This document shows, one piece after another, positions 51,645 through 64,000 of a DNA stretch of 64,000 nucleotides. Each line of letters starts with the position of its first letter. Positions within the stretch are counted from its first letter, which is position 1. Source of the stretch: Octopus bimaculoides (lineage: Eukaryota). The notes below the pieces were generated by a model that was not told where the DNA came from, made no database searches, and saw only the letters and a program-made list of their open reading frames with translations. The position numbers were made by a program, and so were the translations under genes. The DNA is taken from contig NC_069004.1 of the NCBI RefSeq assembly GCF_001194135.2, forward strand, positions 21,231,582-21,295,581, given 5' to 3'.

Positions 51645-54570
51645 ATGTGGGTGAGACACAGCTCTTCTAGCACTCAGTTTCACTGACGTGGGCAGGTTTT
51701 CTCTAGAACCTCATATCACCAACCATCTCGGTCCATTGTTATTTCCTCTGTGAGCCCCAACATCCTAAGATCAGTCCTCACCACTTCATCCCATATGTTC
51801 TTGGGTCTCCCTCTTCCACAAGTACCATCCACATGACAGGCACTTCTTTATACAGCTGTCTTCAGACATACACATCACATATCCAAACCAATGCATTCTC
51901 CTCTCTGGCATACCACATTTAATCCCTCTTATTCCTAACTTTTCCCTCAACACAGTTGTGCTTTGTTGGTCATGCACACTGATGTTGCAAATCCAACAGA
52001 GCATACTACCTTCATTCCTCTCCAGTCTATGTATGTCCTTTACAGTCAGAGCCCATGTTCACTACCATGTAACACAGCCGTTCTCACACAAGCATCATAC
52101 AATCTGCTTTCCACTCTGAGAGAGTGTCCTCTTGCAGCCAACAGAGGTAGTAGCTCTCTGAACTTCCTCCATCCTATTCTTATTCTAGAAACAATACTGT
52201 CAGAGCATCCACCATTGTTACTAATTTGATCACCTAAATAGCAGAAACTATCCACTACCTCAAGAGAGCCTCCTGGGAATTTGAGAGAGAGTAAGTCCCT
52301 CATGCCCTTAGTGCTTATTGTTCCAGTGCATCAGTAACGCATGAAAGTGACCTTATATGATAATCATCCCATGATTCCACTGCATCTATAGTATACACTT
52401 GGTGTAGCAAATGGAATTACTTCCCACTCCTTTCCTACAAATTGAGCAGGGTCATTTACCTGATGGAAGGAGAGTCTTATCTCCTTTCTTGCTAACAGCA
52501 ACTTTAGTCTTTGCTAAGTTAACTTTAAGGCCCTTTGATTCCAGGTTTTACTTCCAAACCTGGAACCTCTCCAATTCTGCTTCAGGATTCTGCAATAAAA
52601 GCAAGATCATCAGCATATAGTAGTTTCTATGGGCATCCAGTTTTGAATTCCTCTGTTATGACCAGGAGAACTATGATGAATAAGAGTGGACTAAGAACTG
52701 ATCCCTGGTGAATTTTAACTTGTATACTAAATTCATCACTGTATTCAAGGCCAACTCTCATCTTACTGACAGCATCACTGTACATGGCTTGAATGGCTTT
52801 AACAAGCCACTCCTCTACTCCTAGCTTCCTTAGAGACGTCAAAAGCTTTTTCAGATTGACAAAAGCTAAGTACAATGGTTTACTTTTGGCCAAATACTTT
52901 TCTTGCAACTGTCTCACTATGAATATGGCATCTGTGGTAATTCTCCATGGAACAAAACCAAACTGCATTTCATGTGGCTTAATTCTATCTCTAATCATTT
53001 GAGATATAACTCTCTCTGTAATTTTCATGACCTGGCCCAGCAGCTTGATACCTCTGTAGTTGTTTCTATTCAAGGCATCACCTTTATCCTTGTAGCAGCT
53101 AACAATAATACTATTAAACCAGTCTTTGGGGATGACACCTTCCTGAATAACCTGATTGATTATGCGAGTGACAAGGCCATATTCCACTCTGCCTGATATT
53201 AAATCATCTCAGCAGTGATACCCGATGGTCCAGGGGCTTTCAAAGTTTTCATATTCTTGATTGCTTTATCTATTATACTGCTATCAACTCTGATGTCTGG
53301 TCCCTCAATTGGTTTGATATTTGAAAGACTCTCCTTTGCCCAATCCTTCTCCACATTTAATAAACTTTTATAATGGCATCTCTATGCATCTTTCTTCTCT
53401 GAGTCACTAAGTGCAAGCATACTATCATCCGTTTGCACACACTTCTCCTCTATCACATTTCTATTCTCTCTGATACACTGCTTTGCAATCCTGAACACCT
53501 CATGCTTCTGATCCTCATGCTGTAGAATATTGGCAAACTTCTTACCTTCCACTATTCCTTTTGCTATCTAAGCTTGTTGCTTAGCCTACATTCTGGCTCC
53601 CCAATATAATATTCTGCTTCAGTTTTACCAGTCCTTCCAGGCCTGTCTCTTCGCTTTTATAGTACTGTTCACCTCCGGGTTGCCCTTGGCCTAGCTGGGA
53701 CTTTGCACCAACCACAGATTTGGTCAGCAGCACCCAGTAAATTGTCCCACAGGAACTTATAGTTGTCCTCTAAGCTTTCCTCCTCCTCTCTGTCATCATA
53801 GGCTTCCAGTAGAATGTCTCTAAATTTTTGTTGGTTTACTGGGTCTTGAGCTTCCATAATCTTTTCCAGTGTGGTTTACTTCTCTGATTCTATCTAGCTC
53901 TAATACATTAGTCACAAACTAATAGCCCATGTTGGGGTGTACACTCTTCACCTGAGAAAGACTTCGCATTTGTGAGCATAAGCCTATCTCATTTCCTGGT
54001 GAAGGGATAATCAACCTGACTGATAAGTGATTGGGTGGCTGGCTGGCTGGCTGGCTGGTTTTCTGAAGTTAGTGTTGCATATCATGAGATCAATCGCATC
54101 ACAGAATTCAAGTAGTCTCATTTCCTCCTCATTCCTGAACTACCATGCACCCCATAGAATCCATGTGACTGCTACCAAACATGTCCATTAAAGTTGCCAG
54201 CCACAATAATAAAGTTTCTATAATTCTATAGTTGAGGTAATCTGCAAAAGGACCTTGTAGAATTGGTCCTTCTGATCATCAGCTAGCCCAGCCTGTGGAG
54301 CATAGACAAAGATAAATGTAATTGTTAATCTATCTATGATAAGTCTCAGCTTAATAATCCTATCACATACTCTGACTACATCAATTACCTTATCTAACCA
54401 CTTTTCCACTAAGAGTATACCCACACCACCCACTCAATCACTCCTGCCTACCCAGAAGAATTTGAACCATGTGGAAGCTAGCAGAAGCACCTTTCCATCT
54501 CACTTCTTGCACACAGTACACATTGATATGGTGACGCTCCATCGTTTCAATAATCTCGCCAGATCTCCCC
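51645..54570 (-). mobile_element. RTE LINE (APE + RT), disrupted, in the last SLCO intron
   Basis: GGVGILLVEKW..YAPQAG; NYRGIKLL..MQFGF..DAIFIVRQLQEKY..HQGSVLSPLLFIIV; LEVVDSFCYLGD..RIRIGWRKFREL. Confidence 0.88.
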
Positions 54571-54606
<36 letters not shown>

Positions 54607-54993
54607 TGTATACATATATATTTTATATTTTCTTACATAAATACACACACACACTGTCATCTAAATTACGCAAAAATGAAAATAACACTGACATCTCATT
54701 TTAACAGATATATTTACCAAGATTACATAAAAATATCTTGAAATACTAAAGAGTAAATATATTCAATAAAATCGCCATTGGCTTCAACCATGGCCACCAG
54801 ATGACTTCAGAATCTCTAGATTCAAGACCAGTCTCTTGAATTGCTTCAAGTATATAATTTAGCCTGGAGGGATGAAAACTGAAGTTATCTTCAGTGGAAT
54901 TTGAAATAAGACTTTTCAAAACTAGAACCTACTCTGCTATAAAGAACTTGAATCTATGGAATAAAATTTACAAGATATTGTAAATTAACTTAC

Positions 54994-55058
54994 CAAATAT
55001 TGACAGAACAAAAGATCCAAATCCCATGGCAACAGCTTTGTTTTTTTCATACTGCGTT
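54994..55058 (-). CDS. SLCO: SLCO/OATP penultimate coding exon
   Basis: Minus-strand ttccag|A ACG...TTT G|gtaagt; 65 bp; (R)TQYEKNKAVAMGFGSFVLSIF(G) resembles OATP R.V..E.KS.ALG...; phases (2 in, 1 out) match both neighbouring exons. Confidence 0.88.
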
Positions 55059-55132
55059 CTGGAAAATATTATTGCAAACATTACTCATCCAAAAGATGAT
55101 GAAGAATGAGAGGCAGAATTGATAATCTTTAA

Positions 55133-55345
55133 CCCTTTAGCATTCAGATTTCTCTGATGAATACTATGCTTATTTATTCACAATGATTTGAATTAATTAT
55201 GTATTATTTTGTAGATTTCAATGATGTGATTGTTTATTTTTAGAATAATATTGTAGGGTAAGTGTCAGAGGTCAGATCTAGCCAGTTTGAAGAAAAAATG
55301 GGAAGAATGTTTTGGCTGGATATGGCCAGTTTAAATGCTAAGGGA
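55133..55345. mobile_element. piggyBac-type MITE
   Basis: TTAA|CCCTTTAGCATT ... AATGCTAAGGGA|TTAA. Confidence 0.7.
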
Positions 55346-55420
55346 TTAAGAAAAAAACTTCAATATATTTTCTTTAACATATTTAGAGATAATTATAGTT
55401 GTTTATATTTTTCAGTAATA

Positions 55421-55530
55421 CAGAGCAACCATAGGCCAGAGCAACCATAGGCCAGAGCAACCATAGGCCAGAGCAACCATAGGCCAGAGCAACCATAGGC
55501 CAGAGCAACCATAGGCCAGAGCAACCATAG
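55421..55530. repeat. Perfect 16-bp minisatellite (CAGAGCAACCATAGGC) x 6.9
   Basis: Six identical units plus 14 nt, head-to-tail with no spacers. Confidence 0.95.
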
Positions 55531-56229
55531 CATATACATAGCTTTAGTGTTGCCCTCTNNNNNNNNNNNNNNNNNNNNNNNNNNNNNNNNNNNNNNNNNN
55601 NNNNNNNNNNNNNNNNNNNNNNNNNNNNNNNNNNNNNNNNNNNNNNNNNNNNNNNNNNNNNNNNNNNNNNNNNNNNNNNNNNNNNNNNNNNNNNNNNNNN
55701 NNNNNNNNNNNNNNNNNNNNNNNNNNNNNNNNNNNNNNNNNNNNNNNNNNNNNNNNNNNNNNNNNNNNNNNNNNNNNNNNNNNNNNNNNNNNNNNNNNNN
55801 NNNNNNNNNNNNNNNNNNNNNNNNNNNNNNNNNNNNNNNNNNNNNNNNNNNNNNNNNNNNNNNNNNNNNNNNNNNNNNNNNNNNNNNNNNNNNNNNNNNN
55901 NNNNNNNNNNNNNNNNNNNNNNNNNNNNNNNNNNNNNNNNNNNNNNNNNNNNNNNNNNNNNNNNNNNNNNNNNNNNNNNNNNNNNNNNNNNNNNNNNNNN
56001 NNNNNNNNNCAACAACCCTGAAACCAGTCTGTGGATGCCAAACCAACAAGGGGAAGTTGATGACCTCCCCTGTTCGAAGGTTTATGGTCACAGATTTCTG
56101 CGTCATATGTCTAGCTACAAGCGATCACCTCTCGGAGCTAATCAACAACAGTATTCGCCCTGGACTGCCACATTAGTTTGGCAATAAATATATATAATTA
56201 AATATGAAGCTTGCTTTATGGTGTGTGTG

Positions 56230-56281
<52 letters not shown>

Positions 56282-56340
56282 ACGCGTGCATGCATGCGTG
56301 TGCGTGTGTATGTGTGCGTGTAACTGCTGGTTTCACTTAC

Positions 56341-56495
56341 CTGATCATTATTAAGTACGTAGGTACAATATCTATGGTCATAACCAGATCAGCAACGAAG
56401 AACATAGTTATAAACATGTAGAGACTACCACAACCATCTTCACATATTCCAGTCTTTGCTTTCCCTCCATTGATAGCAGAACATGAAGTAAATGT
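56341..56495 (-). CDS. SLCO: SLCO/OATP exon (end of Cys-rich extracellular loop plus TM10)
   Basis: Minus-strand tttcag|ACA...ATC AG|gtaagt; TFTSCSAINGGKAKTGICEDGCGSLYMFITMFFVADLVMTIDIVPTYLIMI(R); 155 bp; G.A..G.C...C pattern of OATPs. Confidence 0.9.
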
Positions 56496-57084
56496 CTGAA
56501 ACAAAGACAAAACAATTGCAATTTATTGAGTAAGAGGCATAACAACAAATGAGTCTCCACAAAACAATTCAACTTGCAAGAAACAGCAGCCAAATCACTC
56601 TCAAATCACACCACCCTACTGTTTTTTTACAATAAACTGGTTTCAGATTTTGGAACAAGGCCAGCTATCTTAAGGGAGTGGGTAAGATGATTACATCAAC
56701 AACAATGTTCAACTGGCACTTATTTTATTAACCCAAAAATGTAACGTGCACAAAAATGTTTCGTGCACTTCCTTCACTCCTCTGACTATGCTATCATATA
56801 TATATAAGGATTTACTTTTCGTAATGAGTTAAAAAACCAAGGCTGTGTATAATATAGAACATTTATAAATAGAAGGTCTTACAGCTGTTTCCAGGATATT
56901 TATTATATTTATTATATTCATTATATTCACACGCTGATATATGACCTACGTTGGACCCTTTTCACATAATCTCCAAACCTGGAGCTTAACAATGGTCTAT
57001 CCATAGCACTTACTCGGCATTACCTGAAACCTCTGGGTCTAATTGTCACCACTACAGCTCATAACCTCCTATATATATATATAT

Positions 57085-60000
57085 ATATCATCATCATTTA
57101 ATGTACGTTGTCCATGCTGGTATGGGTTGGACGGTTTGACCAGGGCTGGCAAGCTGGAAGGATGCACCAGAATCCAGTCTGATTCAGCATGGGTTCTATG
57201 GCTGGATGCCCTTCTTAATGCCAACCACTCTGAGAGTGTAATGGGTGCTTTTGCATGCCTCTGGCACGAGTGCCATTTGTGTAACACCAGTATCTGTGAC
57301 GACTGCGATTTTGCTTGACTTAATGGGTTTTCTTCTCAAGCACAACATAATGTCAACGGTCTCAGTCATTGCCTTCATGAGGCCCAATGCTCAAAAGGTG
57401 CGTTTCACATGCCACCAGCACAGGTGCCAGTTACATGACACCAGCATCGGCCACAACTTTGATTTCACTTGGCTTGATGGGTCTTCTCAAGCATGGCATA
57501 TCGCCAAAGGTCTCGGTTAATAGTCATTGCTTCTATGAGGCCCAAAGTTCGAAAATCATGCTTCACTACTTTGTTCCATGTCTTTGTGGGCCTACCTGTA
57601 CCACAGGTTCCCTCCATAGTCAGAGATCGGCACTTTTTTACATAGCTATCCTCGTCCATATGCATCACATGGCCATATCAGTGCAGTTGTCTCTCTTGCA
57701 CACCACATCTGATGCCTCCTATGCTTAACTTTTCTCTCAAGATGTTTACACTCTGTCATACATGCACACTGACACTGCACATCCAGCGAAGCATACTGGC
57801 TTCATTTCTTTCAAGACTATGTAGGTCCTCGGCTGTCACAGCCCATGTTTCACTGCCATGTAGCATAGCTGTTTGCATACAGGCATCATACGATCTGCCT
57901 TTCACTCTGAGGGAGAGGACCTTTGTTGCTAGCAGAGGTAGGAGCTCTCTGAACTTTTCCCAGCCTAATCTTATTCTCACAGGTACGCTCTCGGAGTATC
58001 CACCTCTGCTACTAACTTGGTCACTTAGATAATGGAAGCTATCAACTACCTCTAGCTTACCCCCATGGAAGTTGATGGAGTCTATTCTCTGTACATTTTC
58101 TGCATTTATTGTACCAGTGCATCTTTCACATACAAAAGCTATTTACCCTGTTAACCTTCTTCTGATATTGCTGTACCTTTTATATGCCCAAAGCTTACAC
58201 CAGGTACATCACATGGAGTTTCTAATGCCTTTTCTACAGATCAAGCAGGGCCATCTACCTGAAGGGATTTGTGATTTATCTGCCTTCCTACTTATAAGAC
58301 TTTGGTTTTTGCTAGGTTAACTCTAAGGCCCTTCAATTCTAGACTTTCCTTCCATACCTTGAACTTCCCTAGTTCTGGTAGTGATTCAGCTATAAGAGCA
58401 AGGTCCTCAGCATAGAGGAGCTCCCATGAGCAGCCTATCTTCAATTCCTCTGTTATTGCCGGGAAAACTATGATGAACAAGAGGGGGCTGAGCACTGATC
58501 CTTGGTGAACCCCTACTTGTACCCTGAATTCTTTACTGTACTCATTGTCCACCCTCACATTACTGGTAGCATCTCTGTACAAGGCTTGTACAGCTCTCAC
58601 CAGCTACTCATCTATCCCTAGTTTCTGCATTGCCCACCAGATAAGGGATTGGGGGATCCTGTCAAAGGCTTTCTCCAAGTCAACAAAAGCCAAGTATAGG
58701 GGTTTATCTATGGCTATGTATTTCTCCCCCAGCTGCTTTACCAGAAATATAGCATCATTGGTGCTTCTCCCTGGCACAAAACCAAACTGCATCTCATCTA
58801 GACTAACTCTCTCCCTAATTAGTTGGGCTATGACCCTCTCTGTAACTGTCATCACCTGATCCAACAATTTGATACATCTGTAATTATGTCTATCTGAGGC
58901 ATCACCTTTACCTTTGTAATAGTTGACTATGGTGCTGCTACACAAGTCATTGGGTGTGACCCCTGAATGGCTGGTGGCTTTCCCTTTCTTCATATATTTT
59001 ATTGCTTTATCTACCAAAGTGCTGTTGATTTGGATAGCTGGTCCCTCAATTGGGTCAACATTTAACAGACTCTCCTCTTCCCAGTCATTCTCCATGTTCA
59101 GTGTCTTTCATAATGGTGTTTTCTAGTTTCTTTCTTTTCAGAATCATTAAAAGCAAGTGCACCATCATCCATGCGGACACATTTCTCTCCTGTGACATCA
59201 CAATTTTCTCTCACACACTGTCTTTGGTCCTCACATTGCTGAACATAGACAAACTTCTTTTCTGCTTCTCCCTGGGCTAGATCTACCTGTTTCCTAACTT
59301 CCCTTCTAGTTATCCAATACAGTTCCCCGCTACCCCCACTCTTCCAGGACTTTCAGTCTTGTTTATTTGCTTTAATGGCTCTGTCTACAGTATTGTTCCA
59401 CCACCATGTTACCCCAGGTCTGGATGGGACTTTGCACCAGCCACAGATTTGCTCTGTGGCACTCAGCATGTTGTCCCACAGGAATTCCCAGTCACCGTCT
59501 ATGTCACAGGTCTATAGCTCCTCCTCCCTCTCATCAAATTTCTCAATTAGGATGTCCCTAAATCTCTGACCAAATGAAGGGTCCTTAAACTTGAAAATCC
59601 TTCTTTTTCAGATTAGTCTGCTTCTTGGCATCCTTCTGGCCTGGAGTCTAAAGTCACTGATGATTAGTCTATGCTGGGGGGTACATTCTTCACCAAGGAG
59701 GGTCTTTGTATCTAAGAGCAACCATGAATCCCCATGTCTGGTGAGAATGTAATCGAACTGTCCAGCACAGACACCTGATTTGTAGGTTATCAGGTTATCA
59801 GGTGGTTGCCTGGCTTCCTGAAGTCGGTGTTGCAGATCAAAAGGTTATTTGCATCACAGAACTCCAGTAGCCTTTGTTTTGGGAACCAATTCCATGGTCC
59901 TCATGTACACCATGGAAAATACCAGGCTGCTCTCCGACATATCTATTGAAATCTTCAGCCATGAAGATGAGATCATTGTCACTTGTCTTTGAGGGGTGCA

Positions 60001-61170
60001 GAAGAACATCATAAAGGTAGTCCTTCTGTTCATTTGGTAGGCCTGTTTGTGGGGCATAGGTAAAGATAATTGTTACTATACTATTCTGCAAGACTAGCCT
60101 GAGCACTCTATCACACACTCTGACTATCTCTATGACCTTATCCACCCATTTCTCTGCCCACACCACCTACCCTGTCACTGTTCCCTTCCCAGAAGATTTT
60201 ATATCTATGTGTCTTACTTGTGAGGAACCTGGCTGAAGCTCCTCTCCACCTTACCTCTTGGATGTAATATACATCAACACACCTCTGGTCAAGCATCTCA
60301 GCAATCTCGCTAGACCTACCTATCAGTGTGCCTGCATTAACAGTGCCAACTCTGAAAACTGGGAAAGATACTTTGGAAGGAACATGGGAAGGAATGATGG
60401 TATCCAGCACCTGAAAAGAAGGTTTCTGTCATCGTTTGATAACAGACATCTCAGATCAGTTGTTCTCGCTTTAACCTATCATCATTCAAACATATCAAAG
60501 TTGTTGCTCCTCTTGGGACAATGTAAGCATTGTAAATATAAATGTTATGAACATTGTAAATATAAGCGTTGCTGCTGCAAATATAAAATAGGTCAATGTT
60601 TAGTTAGGAAATGAGCTGCTGTTGGTTAATCCACTTTATATATTTAGAGAAAGAGGTATATGGTTTGGAGGGATGGAGATATACAAGTCTTCTGGTACAG
60701 GAGCTTTGTAGGGGTTTCCAGTATAAGAGAAGAGATTTCTGGTATTTGTATTGTGGGTGGGAATGGGTGGGTGTATTACAGAGAAGGAATGGCCAGCTTC
60801 ACAACAAGAAATAAAAATAGCAGTAAGAAGCCACTAATGAAGCAGACAGAGGGAGAGACCTGAAAGACTTTATCGCTGGGGGAAATCATGACAAAGAATG
60901 AGAAACATTAGTTATAAGACAAGGTGAGAATCTTAGCAAAATATGGGAATGTATGGGATATGAAACAGGCAGAGAGAGAGAGAGAGAGAGAGAGAGCATT
61001 GCAAGGATTTAAAGAATTATGATTTGGAAGTTATTTGAAGGATTAAAGAATTACAAGTATGAAAGTTGGGAACACATGGGATATGAGAGAAGGAAAGAAT
61101 ATTGCAAGGATTACAAGAAATATGATTTGAAAGTTATTTGAAAAATTAAAGAATTATAAGTCACAAAAGT
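57085..61170 (-). mobile_element. Near full-length RTE LINE, disrupted, in an SLCO intron
   Basis: APE (FRVGTVNAGTLIGRSSEIAEMLDQRCVDVYYIQEVRW), RT (MQFGFVPGRSTNDAIF..VDLEKAFDR; GVHQGSVLSP..LLYAEDLAL), C-terminus, 3' UTR and (ATG)n tail; leader homologous to 31160-31750. Confidence 0.88.
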
Positions 61171-61182
61171 TATTTTAATATA

Positions 61183-61655
61183 CTATAAATCTTCAAGTAT
61201 AATCTGCATTTTTTCCCCAAAATTTAAAGGTCAAAATCCCTAGTGCGTACTATACACGAGGTTAAAAATGAAAAATATTTTCTAAGCAATGTCCGAGTCT
61301 CTATTTGCTGTCCGGCAATGTTTATTCAGACGCATTTTGTGCTGTCAGATGCGAAAATACCTTAAGCTAATACCTTAAGCTATATTTATTTTTCACTGAC
61401 GTTATTACTGTTATTTCTTTATTTTCTGCAAAGTGCAAAAAACGCTGCACATTTGCATTATGTTATATATACAATAATAATAAAGGACGTTACTATATAT
61501 ATGTTTACAAACCAAGGACATTATATAGACCTCCTTGACTCAAGTTAGAGAAGGGGTGCGTATTGTACACAAGGTTTAGGTTTTTCAGAGGTACAGCCCC
61601 CTAAAAATCCCCTGCGTATTATATTCAAGGGCGGACTATACTTGAGGATTTACGG
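61183..61655. mobile_element. Tc1/mariner (pogo-like) MITE
   Basis: TA|CTATAAATCTTCAAGTATAATCTGC ... GCGGACTATACTTGAGGATTTACGG|TA. Confidence 0.7.
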
Positions 61656-63785
61656 TACAAGACAAGACATAAATAATGGTCATTACATATTTTTCTTTAC
61701 AGCAGTTTCCAGTAATCATTATGGGTTTGTTATTGATAGGTTTACTCAAATGGCCCATTGATCAGTTGAGAAAAATTGAACAACTTAAAAAAATTAATAC
61801 TACAGAGTCATTTCTGGTTATAAACAAGCAGAACACTGAAGGAGTGGTACAGACGTGGGGATGGGAGTGAAGAAAAATATATATTGCCGTGTTTGGCCGA
61901 AAGGCTGTATTTCTTGTGCTTTCATCTATTGTTTCAAATTACATTTGCTTACTTTCGTGCATCTACCCTGTATTGTCTCATTTGCCCGACCCCTATTTCT
62001 ATGCAATATACCAATATACAAAGTTCTCAGTCTTATTGTTAAAAGTACAAAACTGAGTATTAGTATTTTTGGTCAATAACTGATGAAGAATTAGGGTATT
62101 GTGTCTGTCCTATGTGCACGCTTTGTAGTCCTTAATGCATTTTTCATTTATATATTGCTGCAGCCTCCAGGCTGAAACATATAAAAGAATATATTTGTAA
62201 ATAATAAGGGATTACTCGAAACGTTTTCTGGTTCACTCTCAGTTAGGTATTCAAAATAGGTTATTCAACAGTTAACATATAAATCCAATAAAGTTCTTAT
62301 AAGATAAGAAATTAAAGGGATATTCTGTTGGATAGTTCTGAATGCATTACCTTAACCATATAAGTTTCCTGAATCATATGAATTGGTATAACATTAACTT
62401 TAATTCTTTATATANNNNNNNNNNNNNNNNNNNNNNNNNNNNNNNNNNNNNNNNNNNNNNNNNNNNNNNNNNNNNNNNNNNNNNNNNNNNNNNNNNNNNN
62501 NTATATATATATATATATATATATGTAGACATGTTATTATTTCTTCCATGCTCAATTGCACTTCCTGCAGATCTGCACTTAGTACCAAGTTTTACTGATA
62601 TGCAACTTTATGACCCCTAACCATGCTTCGTAAACCCCACTTTTGCATACAGAAGGGAGAATGTCTAAATTGCCAATGTAGTAATTTCTCTAACTTCGTC
62701 CATCATTTGTTTACAGAGATTAAATATTTACTATGGTTTTGATTTCAGTTAAACATCCAGTTTTCCATGCTTGCATAGGTCAGATGGAATTTACCAAGGC
62801 AGAATTTCTATGTTCAGATGCCTTTCCTGTCACTAACCCTCACCTGTTTCCAAGCATGGCAATATTTCCCCAAGGCCAATCATATGCTTTATGGATAACT
62901 GGAAATGAACAATATTGATTTCAAATTTTGACTCAACGCCAGCAATTTTGGGACAAGGAAGAAGTTGATTACATCAACCCCTGTAATCAACTGGTACTTA
63001 TTTTATCGACCCCAAAAAGGATGAAAGGCAAAGTGGCCTCAGTGGAATTTAAGTTCAGAATGTAAAGATGGACAAGATGCCACTAAGCATTTTGCTTCGC
63101 ATGGTAACAAGCTTATCAACTTGCTACCTTATAGGAAATGAACAATATTGCTTGTAAGACTGTGACACTTGTTTACTACCATTACATGATGTCAAACATG
63201 GGTGCACACACAAACATGCACACATAAATTTGCACATACATATGCATACAGATTGGATAAGCATCTATCAGTTTCTGCTAAGTAAATCCACTCATAAGGC
63301 TTTGGTTGACCTGAGACTATAGTAGAAAACGCTTGCCCAAGGTACTGTGCTGTGGGACTGAACTTGAAACCACATGATTGGGAAGCAAGCTTTGTATCCA
63401 CACAGTCATACCAGTATTTCACTTGAGAGGTTTTTCCATTATTAAATTAAATTAGCTGTGAAATTTGTAGAAAACACAAAATTAAAATAAGTATTGATTT
63501 CAAATTTTGGCACAAGGCCAGCAATTTCAGGGTAGGAGGTAAGTTAATTACATTGACCCCAGTGCTCAGCAGGTACTATCGATTTTGAAAAGATATAAGG
63601 CAAAGTCAGTCTCAGCAGAATTTGAACTCAGTATTTAAAGTTGGACAAAATACCACTAGGCATTTTGCCCAGTATGCTATCAACTCTGCCAGCTTGCTAC
63701 CTTGAAATTAACATAAGTATTAAATAATAATTTTATTTGTATGTAGTTGTATGTGTGTGTGTATCATGTGAACAAGCCAACAGGG

Positions 63786-63816
<31 letters not shown>

Positions 63817-64000
63817 AATTATTATTATTATTATTATTATGATAATAATATTAGGGATAAAAATCCAAATTTACAGGTAAAAATTCAATTTAATTTAATT
63901 TATCAAAATTAAAATTTAATTAAATTTCACAATATATAATATATAAATATATAATTTAGAGAAAAAACCCCCACAATTCTTGAATTCACTTATTTACTTA

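Noticed and set aside
55421-55530. Regular 16-bp repeats as a CRISPR array
   Set aside because: Units are contiguous with no unique spacers, there are no cas genes, and the context is a eukaryotic intron.
61953-62110. Possible upstream SLCO exon ending at a minus-strand GTAAG donor
   Set aside because: No PVCG Kazal-like motif, and the frames are not OATP-like.

Overview
Eukaryotic, AT-rich, repeat-dense genomic DNA with many assembly gaps. The SINE/LINE repertoire suggests a coleoid cephalopod, probably Octopus (inference). Two spliced genes point tail-to-tail. On +, the last four coding exons of phosphomannomutase (PMM2-like): 3399-3490, 8174-8273, 16096-16287 and 21910-22014. On -, the last three coding exons of an SLCO/OATP organic anion transporter: 56495-56341, 55058-54994 and 50596-50319. 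All seven have canonical AG/GT sites and consistent phase. Introns and the ~28 kb intergenic region are filled with transposon relics: two Chapaev3-like DNA transposons with TIRs, a Tc1 with DD36E spacing, two Gypsy lineages, RTE, Hero and L1-like LINEs, Helitron-like elements, MITEs, tRNA-derived SINEs and several Penelope-like relics. The most notable unannotated signal is a set of type I hammerhead-ribozyme motifs tied to the Penelope relics. One is near-canonical (34157-34215, -) and sits upstream of an RT-deleted Penelope element. A decayed one lies just after the candidate PMM poly(A) signals. Several long hairpins are also present. No CRISPR array or prokaryotic system is present.
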